Positions 46,587-55,759 of a stretch of 64,000 nucleotides of DNA are shown piece after piece. The stretch comes from a candidate division FCPU426 bacterium (GTDB lineage: Bacteria > Oederibacteriota > Muellerivitia > Muellerivitales > Muellerivitaceae), in contig CAVYSE010000018.1 in assembly GCA_963771075.1 (NCBI GenBank), positions 108,551-172,550 on the forward strand, read 5' to 3'. A program made the translations under genes and the position numbers. The notes beneath the pieces are model-generated. The model was not told the DNA's origin. It saw nothing but the letters and a program-made list of their open reading frames with translations, and searched no databases. Each line of letters starts with the position of its first letter. Positions within the stretch are counted from its first letter, which is position 1.

Positions 46587-49500
46587 ATGATGTGCAATAA
46601 ATGGAAATTTAAATCTGCTTTGGCATTAATATTCGTGTTCATTGTCACGCCCTCTGTTTTCGCGGATTGCCTTGTTTCGGATCAATTTAACAATGAAATC
46701 CTTCCGGCTTGGACAGCGCTCGATATTGGTACCGCCTCACTTGGTGTTACCTCTGTCGGTTCAGTCCTAACCATGACCAGCAATGACCCCGGTATGCCCG
46801 GCGGCGGGGGAACCACTTCGGATTCATTTTATTATCTTTATCAATCTTCCACTGGTGATCCGGAGGTTACACTCCAAATCGATTCGATGCCGGCCGCCAC
46901 CGGGGGCCGATTGGGGATCATGTTCCGAAATGGTATCCCGCCCGGGGATGTTTTCGCCTATGTTTTTGCCGCGACGACCGGGGCGGGCACGGGAAGTTTT
47001 AATACCATGTATAGGAATCCCGCGAATACCGGCAACCAAACATTAGGTACAGCGGCTGGGAATTGGACAACCGCGACTCTTCCGGTTTATGTACGGATGT
47101 CGAAGGCGGGCACGAATTTTGACGCTTATTTCTCGAACGACGGGAATACCTGGACGAGGTTTGCCAACATTGGCGTTGCAGGATTTACCGCATCTCCCTA
47201 TTTGGTGGGCATAGCCCTGGCTTCAGCGAATAATGTAGCGCCGGGCGACACAGGTTCGGTCGAAGATTTTAGCGTCATATCGGGTTACTGTACCCAAACC
47301 AACACACCGACTTTTTCCAGTACGACTACCCCGACCCAGACCCCCACACTCACGCCGACGATCACGAATACCGTGACCCTGACTCCGACGGTGACCTTGA
47401 CACCGACTGAGAGCTACACGATCACGCTTACGCCGACGATCACCGATACCGTGACCTTGACGCCAACGATCACGAATACGGAAACCCTGACTCCGACCAT
47501 CACGCCGACCTTCACGGCTACACCCACGGTAACGATGACCTATACGGTGACCCAGACGCCGCCGGTACTCAATATAGTTCGTGTGACGCCACCCGTGGAT
47601 GCGACGGTGATACCGGGAAGCCAGGGAGTGTCGGTGGTTCAAGTGAAAGTCAGCAACAACGATGGGGAGGGAGTGAACCTCAATTACGTGGTATTGCAGG
47701 CGACAGGGACGGGGGATTCGTTGCCGGTTAACGTCACGGCGGTGAATTTGTACAAGGGCTCAACCTTGTTGGCAAGTTCGACCTATTCGGGGACGTCGCC
47801 GAACGAATATGTCACCCTGGGAGGATTCCCGTTGGATGGGATAGGGGCGGGGTTATCGCAGAATTACATGATTACGTATGATTTCGCGGGTGGAGCGGGG
47901 TTGGGGACCTATGGGATGAACGTGGTTGGAGCGGGGGGGGTGGGACAAAGTACGGGACAACTGGTCCAGTTAACGGGGGTGCCGTTTGCGGGGGCAACGA
48001 TCATGGTGGCGGCGGCGACTCCCACACCAACCTTTACGGCGACGAGCAGTTTCACCTCTACATCGACCTGGACGGGTACCTCGACGCCGACGATCACCCT
48101 GACTCCGACGGTGACCCTGACGCCGACCCCGAGCTACACGATCACGCTTACCCCAACGATCACGAACACGGTGACCCTAACTCCGACGGTGACCTTGACG
48201 CCGACTGAGAGCTACACGATCACACTCACGCCGACGATCACGAATACCGTGACCCTGACCCCGACGGTGACTTTGACACCGACTGAGAGCTACACGATCA
48301 CGCTTACGCCGACGATCACCGATACCGTGACCTTGACGCCAACGATCACGAATACGGAAACCCTGACTCCGACCATCACGCCAACCTTCACGGCTACACC
48401 CACGGTAACGATGACCTATACGGTGACCCAGACGCCGCCGGTACTCAATATAGTTCGTGTGACGCCACCCGTGGATGCGACGGTGATACCGGGAAGCCAG
48501 GGAGTGTCGGTGGTTCAAGTGAAAGTCAGCAACAACGATGGGGAGGGAGTGAACCTCAATTACGTGGTATTGCAGGCGACAGGGACGGGGGAATCGTTGC
48601 CGGTTAACGTCACGGCGGTGAATTTGTACAAGGGCTCAACCTTGTTGGCAAGTTCGACCTATTCGGGGACGTCGCCGAACGAATATGTCACCCTGGGAGG
48701 ATTCCCGTTGGATGGGATAGGGGCGGGGTTATCGCAGAATTACATGATTACGTATGATTTCGCGGGTGGAGCGGGGTTGGGGACCTATGGGATGAACGTG
48801 GTTGGAGCGGGGGGGGTGGGACAAAGTACGGGACAACTGGTCCAGTTAACGGGGGTGCCGTTTGCGGGGGCAACGATCATGGTGGCGGCGGCGACTCCCA
48901 CACCAACCTTTACGGCGACGAGCAGTTTCACCTCTACATCGACCTGGACGGGTACCTCGACGCCGACGATCACCCTGACTCCGACGGTGACCCTGACGCC
49001 GACCCCGAGCTACACGATCACGCTTACCCCAACGATCACGAACACGGTGACCCTAACTCCGACGGTGACCTTGACGCCGACTGAGAGCTACACGATCACA
49101 CTCACGCCGACGATCACGAATACCGTGACCCTGACCCCGACGGTGACCTTGACACCGACTGAGAGCTACACGATCACACTTACGCCGACGATCACCGATA
49201 CCGTGACCTTGACGCCAACGATCACGAATACGGAAACCCTGACTCCGACCATCACGCCAACCTTCACGGCTACACCCACGGTAACGATGACCTATACGGT
49301 GACCCAGACGCCGCCGGTACTCAATATAGTTCGTGTGACGCCACCCGTGGATACGACGGTGATACCGGGAAGCCAGGGAGTGTCGGTGGTTCAAGTGAAA
49401 GTCAGCAACAACGATGGGGAGGGAGTGAACCTCAGTTACGTGATATTGCAGGCGACAGGGACGGGGGAATCGTTGCCGGTTAACGTCACGGCGGTGAATT

Positions 49501-52500
49501 TGTACAAGGGCTCAACCTTGTTGGCAAGTTCGACCTATTCGGGGACGTCGCCGAACGAATATGTCACCCTGGGAGGATTCCCGTTGGATGGGATAGGGGC
49601 GGGGTTATCGCAGAATTACATGATTACGTATGATTTCGCGGGTGGAGCGGGGTTGGGGACCTATGGGATGAACGTGGTTGGAGCGGGGGGGGTGGGACAA
49701 AGTACGGGACAACTGGTCCAGTTAACGGGGGTGCCGTTTGCGGGGGCAACGATCATGGTGGCGGCGGCGACTCCCACACCAACCTTTACGGCGACGAGCA
49801 GTTTCACCTCTACATCGACCTGGACGGGTACCTCGACGCCGACGATCACCCTGACTCCGACGGTGACCCTGACGCCGACCCCGAGCTACACGATCACGCT
49901 TACCCCAACGATCACGAACACGGTGACCCTAACTCCGACGGTGACCTTGACGCCGACTGAGAGCTACACGATCACACTCACGCCGACGATCACGAATACC
50001 GTGACCCTGACTCCAACAGTGACCTTGACGCCGACTGAGAGCTACACGATCACACTTACGCCGACGATCACCGATACCGTGACCTTGACGCCAACGATCA
50101 CGAATACGGAAACCCTGACTCCGACCATCACGCCAACCTTCACGGCTACACCCACGGTAACGATGACCTATACGGTGACCCAGACGCCGCCGGTACTCAA
50201 TATAGTTCGTGTGACGCCACCCGTGGATACGACGGTGATACCGGGAAGCCAGGGAGTGTCGGTGGTTCAAGTGAAAGTCAGCAACAACGATGGGGAGGGA
50301 GTAAACCTCAGTTACGTGATATTGCAGGCGACAGGGACGGGGGAATCGTTGCCGGTTAACGTCACGGCGGTGAATTTGTACAAGGGATCAACCTTGTTGG
50401 CAAGTTCGACCTATTCGGGGACGTCGCCGAACGAATATGTCACCCTGGGAGGATTCCCGTTGGATGGGATAGGGGCGGGGTTATCGCAGAATTACATGAT
50501 TACGTATGATTTCGCGGGTGGAGCGGGGTTGGGGACCTATGGGATGAACGTGGTTGGAGCGGGGGGGGTGGGACAAAGTACGGGACAACTGGTCCAGTTA
50601 ACGGGGGTGCCGTTTGCGGGGGCAACGATCATGGTGGCGGCGGCGACTCCCACACCAACCTTTACGGCGACGAGCAGTTTCACCTCTACATCGACCTGGA
50701 CGGGAACACCGACACCGACCATCACCCTGACACCGACGATCACCAATACCGTGACCTTAACCCCAACGATCACGAATACGGTGACCCTGACTCCGACAAT
50801 CACGAACACGGTGACCCTGACTCCAACAGTGACCCTGACACCGACGATCACCAATACCGTGACCTTAACCCCGACAATCACCAACACGGTGACCTTGACG
50901 CCGACAATCACGAATACAGTGACGAATACGCCGACCTTTACGCCGACCGTGACAAGCACTTGGACCTCGACCACGACTCCGACGGTGACTCCGACGGTGG
51001 GGCTGGCCTTGTCGTGGAACAATCTGCCCTCGCCGCAGAACTATTTGTTTAACCAGATAAACGTATCGAGTCTGCAGTTCGTATTGACGTCGACGGCGCA
51101 GGAGAATGTGCTGGTGAAACAGCTGGTGTTCACGGGCGGCGGGAGCGTGGGCTGGACCGGGGATGTGGTGGCGGGGAGCGTGAGGTTGTACCAGGACAAT
51201 TCACCGGGTTCCAATGGGTTGTATAACGCCGCCGATACGCTGTTGCTGGGAAGCCAAACCTTTGACTCAACGGGAGCGGTGACATTCACGAGCCTGTCGG
51301 GATTGACAAGCCTGGCGTCGGGAGCGCCGCAAACCTTCCTGCTGGTGTTTGACCTGAACATGGGGGGATTGGCGAGCAAGACTTTTGACAACGGGCTGGC
51401 CTTGGGAGGGATCACGGCGAACGGCCAGACGACGGGGCAGGGGGCGATCCTGACAGGTGCGAACATCACGGGGAAAACGCATACGATTTCACCGGTAACA
51501 GCCACGCCGACTTCCACGAATACGGTTACGCTCACGCCGACGACCACCAATACCGTAACCTTGACCCCGACGATCACGAACACAGTAACCCTGACTCCGA
51601 CGGTGACCTTGACGCCGACGATCACCAATACCGTGACCTTGACCCCGACGATCACGAACACGGTGACCCTGACACCGACGATCACCAATACCGTGACCTT
51701 AACCCCGACAATCACCAACACGGTGACCTTGACGCCGACAATCACGAACACGGTGACGAATACGCCGACCTTTACGCCGACCGTGACAAGCACTTGGACC
51801 TCGACCACGACTCCGACGGTGACTCCGACGGTGGGGCTGGCCTTGTCGTGGAACAACCTGCCCTCGCCGCAGAACTATTTGTATGACCAGGTTAACGTAT
51901 CGAGTCTGCAGTTCGTATTGACGTCGACGGCGCAGGAGAATGTGCTGGTGAAACAGCTGGTGTTCACGGGCGGTGGGAGCGTGGGCTGGACCGGGGATGT
52001 GGTGGCGGGGAGCGTGAGGTTGTACCAGGACTCGTCCTTGAACGGCTTGTATTCGGTTGGGGCCGATACCCTTTTGTTGGGAGGACAAAGCTTCAATGGA
52101 TCAGGTTCCGTGACCTTTCAAAACCCGAACGGAGTTACGGCTCCGTTGGTGTCGGGCATGCCGCAAACCTTCCTGCTGGTGTTTGATCTGAACATGGGGG
52201 GATTGGCGAGCAAGACTTTTGACAACGGGCTGGCCTTGGGAGGGATCACGGCGAACGGCCAGACGACGGGGCAGGGGGCGATCCTGGCAGGTGCCGACAT
52301 CACGGGGAAAACGCATACGATTTCACCGGTAACAGCCACGCCGACAGCGACCACCACCTTTACAACCACAGCGACTTCGACCGATACCATCACACCCACG
52401 CCGTCGGTCACGCAAACTCACACATCCACATTTACCTTCACCGAGACCCCGACTCCGACCCTTACCTTGACCTTTACCTCGACCTTCACGCCAACCGAGA

Positions 52501-54110
52501 CGGCCACGGCAACCTTTACCCCAACGCCGACTAATACGTCCACCTATACCGCGACATCTACCGCTTCTTTTACGGCTACCTTCACGCCAACCTTCACCTT
52601 CACGGTCACTCCCACACCCACCTTTACCATTCAGCCGCCTTCTTCCATCGTCGTCCTGCCCCAAACCGCCCCCGTAACGGCAGGGGGATATGCCTCGGTG
52701 ACCTTGGAGGTGTTAAATGGAGCAGGACAACCGGCTACCCTTGAAACGGCGATGACATTGAGTCTGAATTCAAACTCGACCGGAGAAAATGCCATTTGGT
52801 TGTCTCCATCGTCGAGTGGCACGACAATCAACTCCGTTAATTTTACGTCTGGGAGCGTCGCTCAAACCTTGGTTTATTACAGGGATGATCTAGCCGGGAA
52901 TTGGACTCTCACCGCATCTTCCTTCAACCTTGCTTATGGGACCATTAATGTGATTCCGGGCGCATTTATGAGCTTGCAAGTATTGCTGCCGGGTCAAACC
53001 GCCGATCCTGGTCATCCAACCGCGGATCCAATTGGAATACTGGGTAATCCTTCATCCGCTGTCGCAGGTTCCCCGGTTCAAGTTACGCTGAACGCGGTGG
53101 ACGCCTATTTCAACCGGGTTTTATCTATTGACGATCCATTAACCTTGACCCTCACCGATCCCGCGGCCCCGGCTGGCGGGACCGTGAATCTTTCGGGTGG
53201 AACGGCAATAAAACCTGTAACTTTTTATTCCCCTGGCAACCAAGCTGTCACTGCCACGGATACGGTTACTGGCCCCAAGACGGGTTCCAGCGGTTTATTA
53301 ACGATCCTGGGGGGGACAGCCAGCACCCTATTGGACATCGTTCATAATTCGCCAATCCTTTCCGGCGAAGGGTTGGGTGCGGTGGGTGTGACTTTCATGA
53401 ATTTCAAATTATCCGTTCAAAGCGGACAAAACCCGATCCGATTGGATAGCCTCACCCTGCATGCCAGGGATTCCTACGGCAATGATGTGCCCTTAGACAC
53501 CGCCTTTCAAAACCTTAAACTTATTTCCGGCCCACAAATTTTCATTTTGCCTCTGTCCTCAGTCAATACCGGGATCGTGAGTCTCGCTCCTTTGTCCGCT
53601 GGCATTACTTTTGACGTGGCAGCCGCCTCTCCCATCACCTTGAACCTGACGGGGGATATATCCTCCACCGCGACCGCCAGAAACATATCCCTTTCGGTGG
53701 ATGCTTCCGCCTCAGTCGTGGCGCATGATCCCGTTTCAGCAGTTTCGGCGGCGGTTGTGGCGACGGGAGATCCCACTGGGTTCCCTATGGTCTCAGGCTT
53801 GCTTGTATTGGAGCCTTCGGATGTATCTAAAACTTATGGAAATTATCCTAATCCCTTCCGTCCGGGGATCGAAAACACGACTATTGAATTTTATTTACCC
53901 GCGCCCTCCTCCGTTTCGTTGATTTTGTACGATGTGTTAGGAAACAAGGTTTTAACCCTTTTGAAAGGCCAAAACCTACCTACGGGCCTACAGCGCTTAG
54001 TTTGGGACGGCCGTAACGGTTCAGGTGCCCCGGTGATTAGCGGTATTTATTACGCCCAACTTACGGTAAATGGGACAAGCTACCTAGTGAAAGTGGCGGT
54101 GGTCCGATGA
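46587..54110 (+). CDS. Giant (2507 aa) secreted adhesin-like protein. Contains an N-terminal lectin/LamG-like domain, 4 near-identical Ig-like modules, 2 modules of a second type, further Ig-like regions and a FlgD-Ig/T9SS-like C-terminal domain.
   Basis: Signal peptide (LALIFVFIVTPSVFA). The N-terminal domain carries YVRMSKAGTNFDAYFSNDGNTWTRF. Repeated modules PVLNIVRVTPPVD...GATIMVAAATPT are separated by TPT linkers. Two modules read VGLALSWNNLPSPQNYL...GKTHTISPVTATPT. The C-terminal domain reads NYPNPFRPG..VSLILYDVLGNKVLTLL..LVWDGRNGSGAPVISGIYYAQL..VKVAVVR. Confidence 0.9.
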   Translation: MMCNKWKFKSALALIFVFIVTPSVFADCLVSDQFNNEILPAWTALDIGTASLGVTSVGSVLTMTSNDPGMPGGGGTTSDSFYYLYQSSTGDPEVTLQIDSMPAATGGRLGIMFRNGIPPGDVFAYVFAATTGAGTGSFNTMYRNPANTGNQTLGTAAGNWTTATLPVYVRMSKAGTNFDAYFSNDGNTWTRFANIGVAGFTASPYLVGIALASANNVAPGDTGSVEDFSVISGYCTQTNTPTFSSTTTPTQTPTLTPTITNTVTLTPTVTLTPTESYTITLTPTITDTVTLTPTITNTETLTPTITPTFTATPTVTMTYTVTQTPPVLNIVRVTPPVDATVIPGSQGVSVVQVKVSNNDGEGVNLNYVVLQATGTGDSLPVNVTAVNLYKGSTLLASSTYSGTSPNEYVTLGGFPLDGIGAGLSQNYMITYDFAGGAGLGTYGMNVVGAGGVGQSTGQLVQLTGVPFAGATIMVAAATPTPTFTATSSFTSTSTWTGTSTPTITLTPTVTLTPTPSYTITLTPTITNTVTLTPTVTLTPTESYTITLTPTITNTVTLTPTVTLTPTESYTITLTPTITDTVTLTPTITNTETLTPTITPTFTATPTVTMTYTVTQTPPVLNIVRVTPPVDATVIPGSQGVSVVQVKVSNNDGEGVNLNYVVLQATGTGESLPVNVTAVNLYKGSTLLASSTYSGTSPNEYVTLGGFPLDGIGAGLSQNYMITYDFAGGAGLGTYGMNVVGAGGVGQSTGQLVQLTGVPFAGATIMVAAATPTPTFTATSSFTSTSTWTGTSTPTITLTPTVTLTPTPSYTITLTPTITNTVTLTPTVTLTPTESYTITLTPTITNTVTLTPTVTLTPTESYTITLTPTITDTVTLTPTITNTETLTPTITPTFTATPTVTMTYTVTQTPPVLNIVRVTPPVDTTVIPGSQGVSVVQVKVSNNDGEGVNLSYVILQATGTGESLPVNVTAVNLYKGSTLLASSTYSGTSPNEYVTLGGFPLDGIGAGLSQNYMITYDFAGGAGLGTYGMNVVGAGGVGQSTGQLVQLTGVPFAGATIMVAAATPTPTFTATSSFTSTSTWTGTSTPTITLTPTVTLTPTPSYTITLTPTITNTVTLTPTVTLTPTESYTITLTPTITNTVTLTPTVTLTPTESYTITLTPTITDTVTLTPTITNTETLTPTITPTFTATPTVTMTYTVTQTPPVLNIVRVTPPVDTTVIPGSQGVSVVQVKVSNNDGEGVNLSYVILQATGTGESLPVNVTAVNLYKGSTLLASSTYSGTSPNEYVTLGGFPLDGIGAGLSQNYMITYDFAGGAGLGTYGMNVVGAGGVGQSTGQLVQLTGVPFAGATIMVAAATPTPTFTATSSFTSTSTWTGTPTPTITLTPTITNTVTLTPTITNTVTLTPTITNTVTLTPTVTLTPTITNTVTLTPTITNTVTLTPTITNTVTNTPTFTPTVTSTWTSTTTPTVTPTVGLALSWNNLPSPQNYLFNQINVSSLQFVLTSTAQENVLVKQLVFTGGGSVGWTGDVVAGSVRLYQDNSPGSNGLYNAADTLLLGSQTFDSTGAVTFTSLSGLTSLASGAPQTFLLVFDLNMGGLASKTFDNGLALGGITANGQTTGQGAILTGANITGKTHTISPVTATPTSTNTVTLTPTTTNTVTLTPTITNTVTLTPTVTLTPTITNTVTLTPTITNTVTLTPTITNTVTLTPTITNTVTLTPTITNTVTNTPTFTPTVTSTWTSTTTPTVTPTVGLALSWNNLPSPQNYLYDQVNVSSLQFVLTSTAQENVLVKQLVFTGGGSVGWTGDVVAGSVRLYQDSSLNGLYSVGADTLLLGGQSFNGSGSVTFQNPNGVTAPLVSGMPQTFLLVFDLNMGGLASKTFDNGLALGGITANGQTTGQGAILAGADITGKTHTISPVTATPTATTTFTTTATSTDTITPTPSVTQTHTSTFTFTETPTPTLTLTFTSTFTPTETATATFTPTPTNTSTYTATSTASFTATFTPTFTFTVTPTPTFTIQPPSSIVVLPQTAPVTAGGYASVTLEVLNGAGQPATLETAMTLSLNSNSTGENAIWLSPSSSGTTINSVNFTSGSVAQTLVYYRDDLAGNWTLTASSFNLAYGTINVIPGAFMSLQVLLPGQTADPGHPTADPIGILGNPSSAVAGSPVQVTLNAVDAYFNRVLSIDDPLTLTLTDPAAPAGGTVNLSGGTAIKPVTFYSPGNQAVTATDTVTGPKTGSSGLLTILGGTASTLLDIVHNSPILSGEGLGAVGVTFMNFKLSVQSGQNPIRLDSLTLHARDSYGNDVPLDTAFQNLKLISGPQIFILPLSSVNTGIVSLAPLSAGITFDVAAASPITLNLTGDISSTATARNISLSVDASASVVAHDPVSAVSAAVVATGDPTGFPMVSGLLVLEPSDVSKTYGNYPNPFRPGIENTTIEFYLPAPSSVSLILYDVLGNKVLTLLKGQNLPTGLQRLVWDGRNGSGAPVISGIYYAQLTVNGTSYLVKVAVVR
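47345..50705. repeat. Near-identical 876-bp (292-aa) in-frame tandem repeat, about 3.8 copies.
   Basis: caccgactgagagctacacgatcacgcttacg occurs at 47401 and 48277 (offset 876). Antisense ORF sets at 47223/48177/49053/49929 and 47909/48785/49661/50537 repeat at 876 bp. Only a handful of substitutions between copies are visible (for example GDS vs GES, NLNYVV vs NLSYVI). Confidence 0.92.
50710..52345. repeat. 834-bp (278-aa) in-frame tandem repeat, 2 copies, more diverged than the 876-bp array.
   Basis: atcaccaataccgtgaccttaaccccgacaatcaccaacacgg occurs at ~50849 and ~51683, and cacggggaaaacgcatacgatttcaccggtaacagccacgccgac at 51467 and 52301 (offset 834 in both cases). Confidence 0.88.
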
Positions 54111-55759
54111 AGACACTGTTCCTTTACATTTTGACCGGCTTTTACACCCTATTCTTCCTAGGGACGGGGGTCCCCATGGTTTGGGGCCAAAGCGCCGAAA
54201 CCGGAGGAATGGTCGACCCGTTCGAATTGGGTGCGTCGGCCAGGGTCCTGGCCATGGGTGATGCTGGTGTGGCCTTGGCCGGGGATGGTGGAGCGGCCCT
54301 TCTCAACCCGGCATTGCTGGCGACCGTCAACCAGAATGATCTCCTGATGTTCCATGCGCCTCTTTTTATCGACACGCTTTATGACAGCGTCGGTTTTGTC
54401 CAACCTCTTACGGGATCCTCCGGCTTTGCCCTGAGTCTTTCGCGTTTGGGGATCGATAATATTTTGCAAACCCAAAACAATATCGTGGCGGTATCCACTT
54501 TCTCGACCCAAGAATGGGAGGCGACCCTAAGCCTGGGGGCGGAGGTTGTACCCGGCTTGGGTATGGGAATCCAGATGAAAGGAATTCAAGAGCAAATCTC
54601 CCTTTACCAAGGGGAGGGCGTAGGGATGGACGCCGGGTTGATTTATCGGTTCGCCCAATCCGAATCGGACTATTCCAAAATCGGACTTCCAAACCTCGTT
54701 CTCGGTATCGCGGCCGTGAATCTTATTTCCCCTCAAATCACCCTTTATCAGACCGGCAGCCAGCCCTCTGAAATCATCAAACCTTCGGTGGGTTTTCTCT
54801 ATGATATCTCCCCTCACGGCGACCGGTTATGGCTTGCGATGGAGGGAGAGATGACCCAGGGAGGAAGCAATCTTGTAAAGGCGGGGGCCGAGTATACTTT
54901 TCAGGGCAATTTTTCCCTCAGGGCTGGGTTTGACGGGGTGAGTCCCACGGCTGGAGGAGGCGTGAGCTTGTCGGGTTTTGAGCTGGATTATGCCTACAAC
55001 CAAAGGGACTTGGGAACCCTTAACCGGTTGTCCCTATCCTACCGCTTCGGGGAATATATCGATCCGGTACAAGCCCAAAAAAGGGAGATGTTAAACGAAA
55101 GGCTGAGCCTGCTTAAATGGGTTGCCCAAAGCTACGAAAAGGACGAGGATTACGACGCCGCGATCAAAGCCTGGAACAATGTTTTAAAAGAATACCCCGA
55201 CGACGCCGAATCGTCCAAGTCCATCCAAAGTTTGAAGGACCGCCGCCATCAACAGGTGGAAGCCCTTATGAAACAAGCCCGTCCCGCCATGCAAAAAGGT
55301 GATTATGTGAGAGGAATACCCATTTTAGGAAAGGTGCTGGCTTTGGAGCCTGGCAATACCGAAGCCCGCAACATGCTTAAACACGTCGACCAGGGAAGGC
55401 AGTTGGAAACCGCTTATTTGGCCGGGGTCGAGGCTTACCGCCACGAAAATTACCGGGAAGCCATGGATTACCTGGAGGGCATTTACGACACCAATCCGGA
55501 TTACCGGGACGTGGCATTGCTCTACCGTGACGTCCAAAGCCGTATTCAGCCCCTGGAATCCCTTCCCAAGGACCTTTCCGATCTCTATGCCAAGGGTGTG
55601 GACGCTTACATGAAGGGCCAATATTCCGGGGCCATTTCCCTATGGCAGCAGGTCCTGGCCAAAGATCCTCGAAACCGGCTAGTGGCCAGGAACTTAGAAG
55701 AAGCCCGGGGCCACTTGGCCGATCCCACCCCCACACCCCAAGTGAAGAGTGCCCCTTGA
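54107..55759 (+). CDS. PorV/PorQ/UPF0164-like outer-membrane beta-barrel fused to a C-terminal TPR domain.
   Basis: The ATG overlaps the giant gene's stop (ATGA). Signal peptide, DPFELGASARVLAMGDAGVALAGDGGAALLNPALLA and the barrel end FELDYAYNQRDLGTLNRLSLSYRF. TPR-like units follow (YEKDEDYDAAIKAWNNVLKEYPDD, GDYVRGIPILGKVLALEPGN, ENYREAMDYLEGIYDTNPDY, GQYSGAISLWQQVLAKDPRN). Confidence 0.7.
   Translation: MKTLFLYILTGFYTLFFLGTGVPMVWGQSAETGGMVDPFELGASARVLAMGDAGVALAGDGGAALLNPALLATVNQNDLLMFHAPLFIDTLYDSVGFVQPLTGSSGFALSLSRLGIDNILQTQNNIVAVSTFSTQEWEATLSLGAEVVPGLGMGIQMKGIQEQISLYQGEGVGMDAGLIYRFAQSESDYSKIGLPNLVLGIAAVNLISPQITLYQTGSQPSEIIKPSVGFLYDISPHGDRLWLAMEGEMTQGGSNLVKAGAEYTFQGNFSLRAGFDGVSPTAGGGVSLSGFELDYAYNQRDLGTLNRLSLSYRFGEYIDPVQAQKREMLNERLSLLKWVAQSYEKDEDYDAAIKAWNNVLKEYPDDAESSKSIQSLKDRRHQQVEALMKQARPAMQKGDYVRGIPILGKVLALEPGNTEARNMLKHVDQGRQLETAYLAGVEAYRHENYREAMDYLEGIYDTNPDYRDVALLYRDVQSRIQPLESLPKDLSDLYAKGVDAYMKGQYSGAISLWQQVLAKDPRNRLVARNLEEARGHLADPTPTPQVKSAP

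Noticed and set aside
47223-52664. Periodic minus-strand ORFs (113-271 aa) and alternative-frame ORFs inside the 7.5-kb adhesin gene. I also considered whether the periodic repeats could be a CRISPR array.
   Set aside because: - The ORFs are antisense artefacts of TPT-coding repeats.
- The repeats are contiguous 876/834-bp coding units in one open frame, with no short repeat/unique-spacer alternation and no cas genes, so this is not a CRISPR array.
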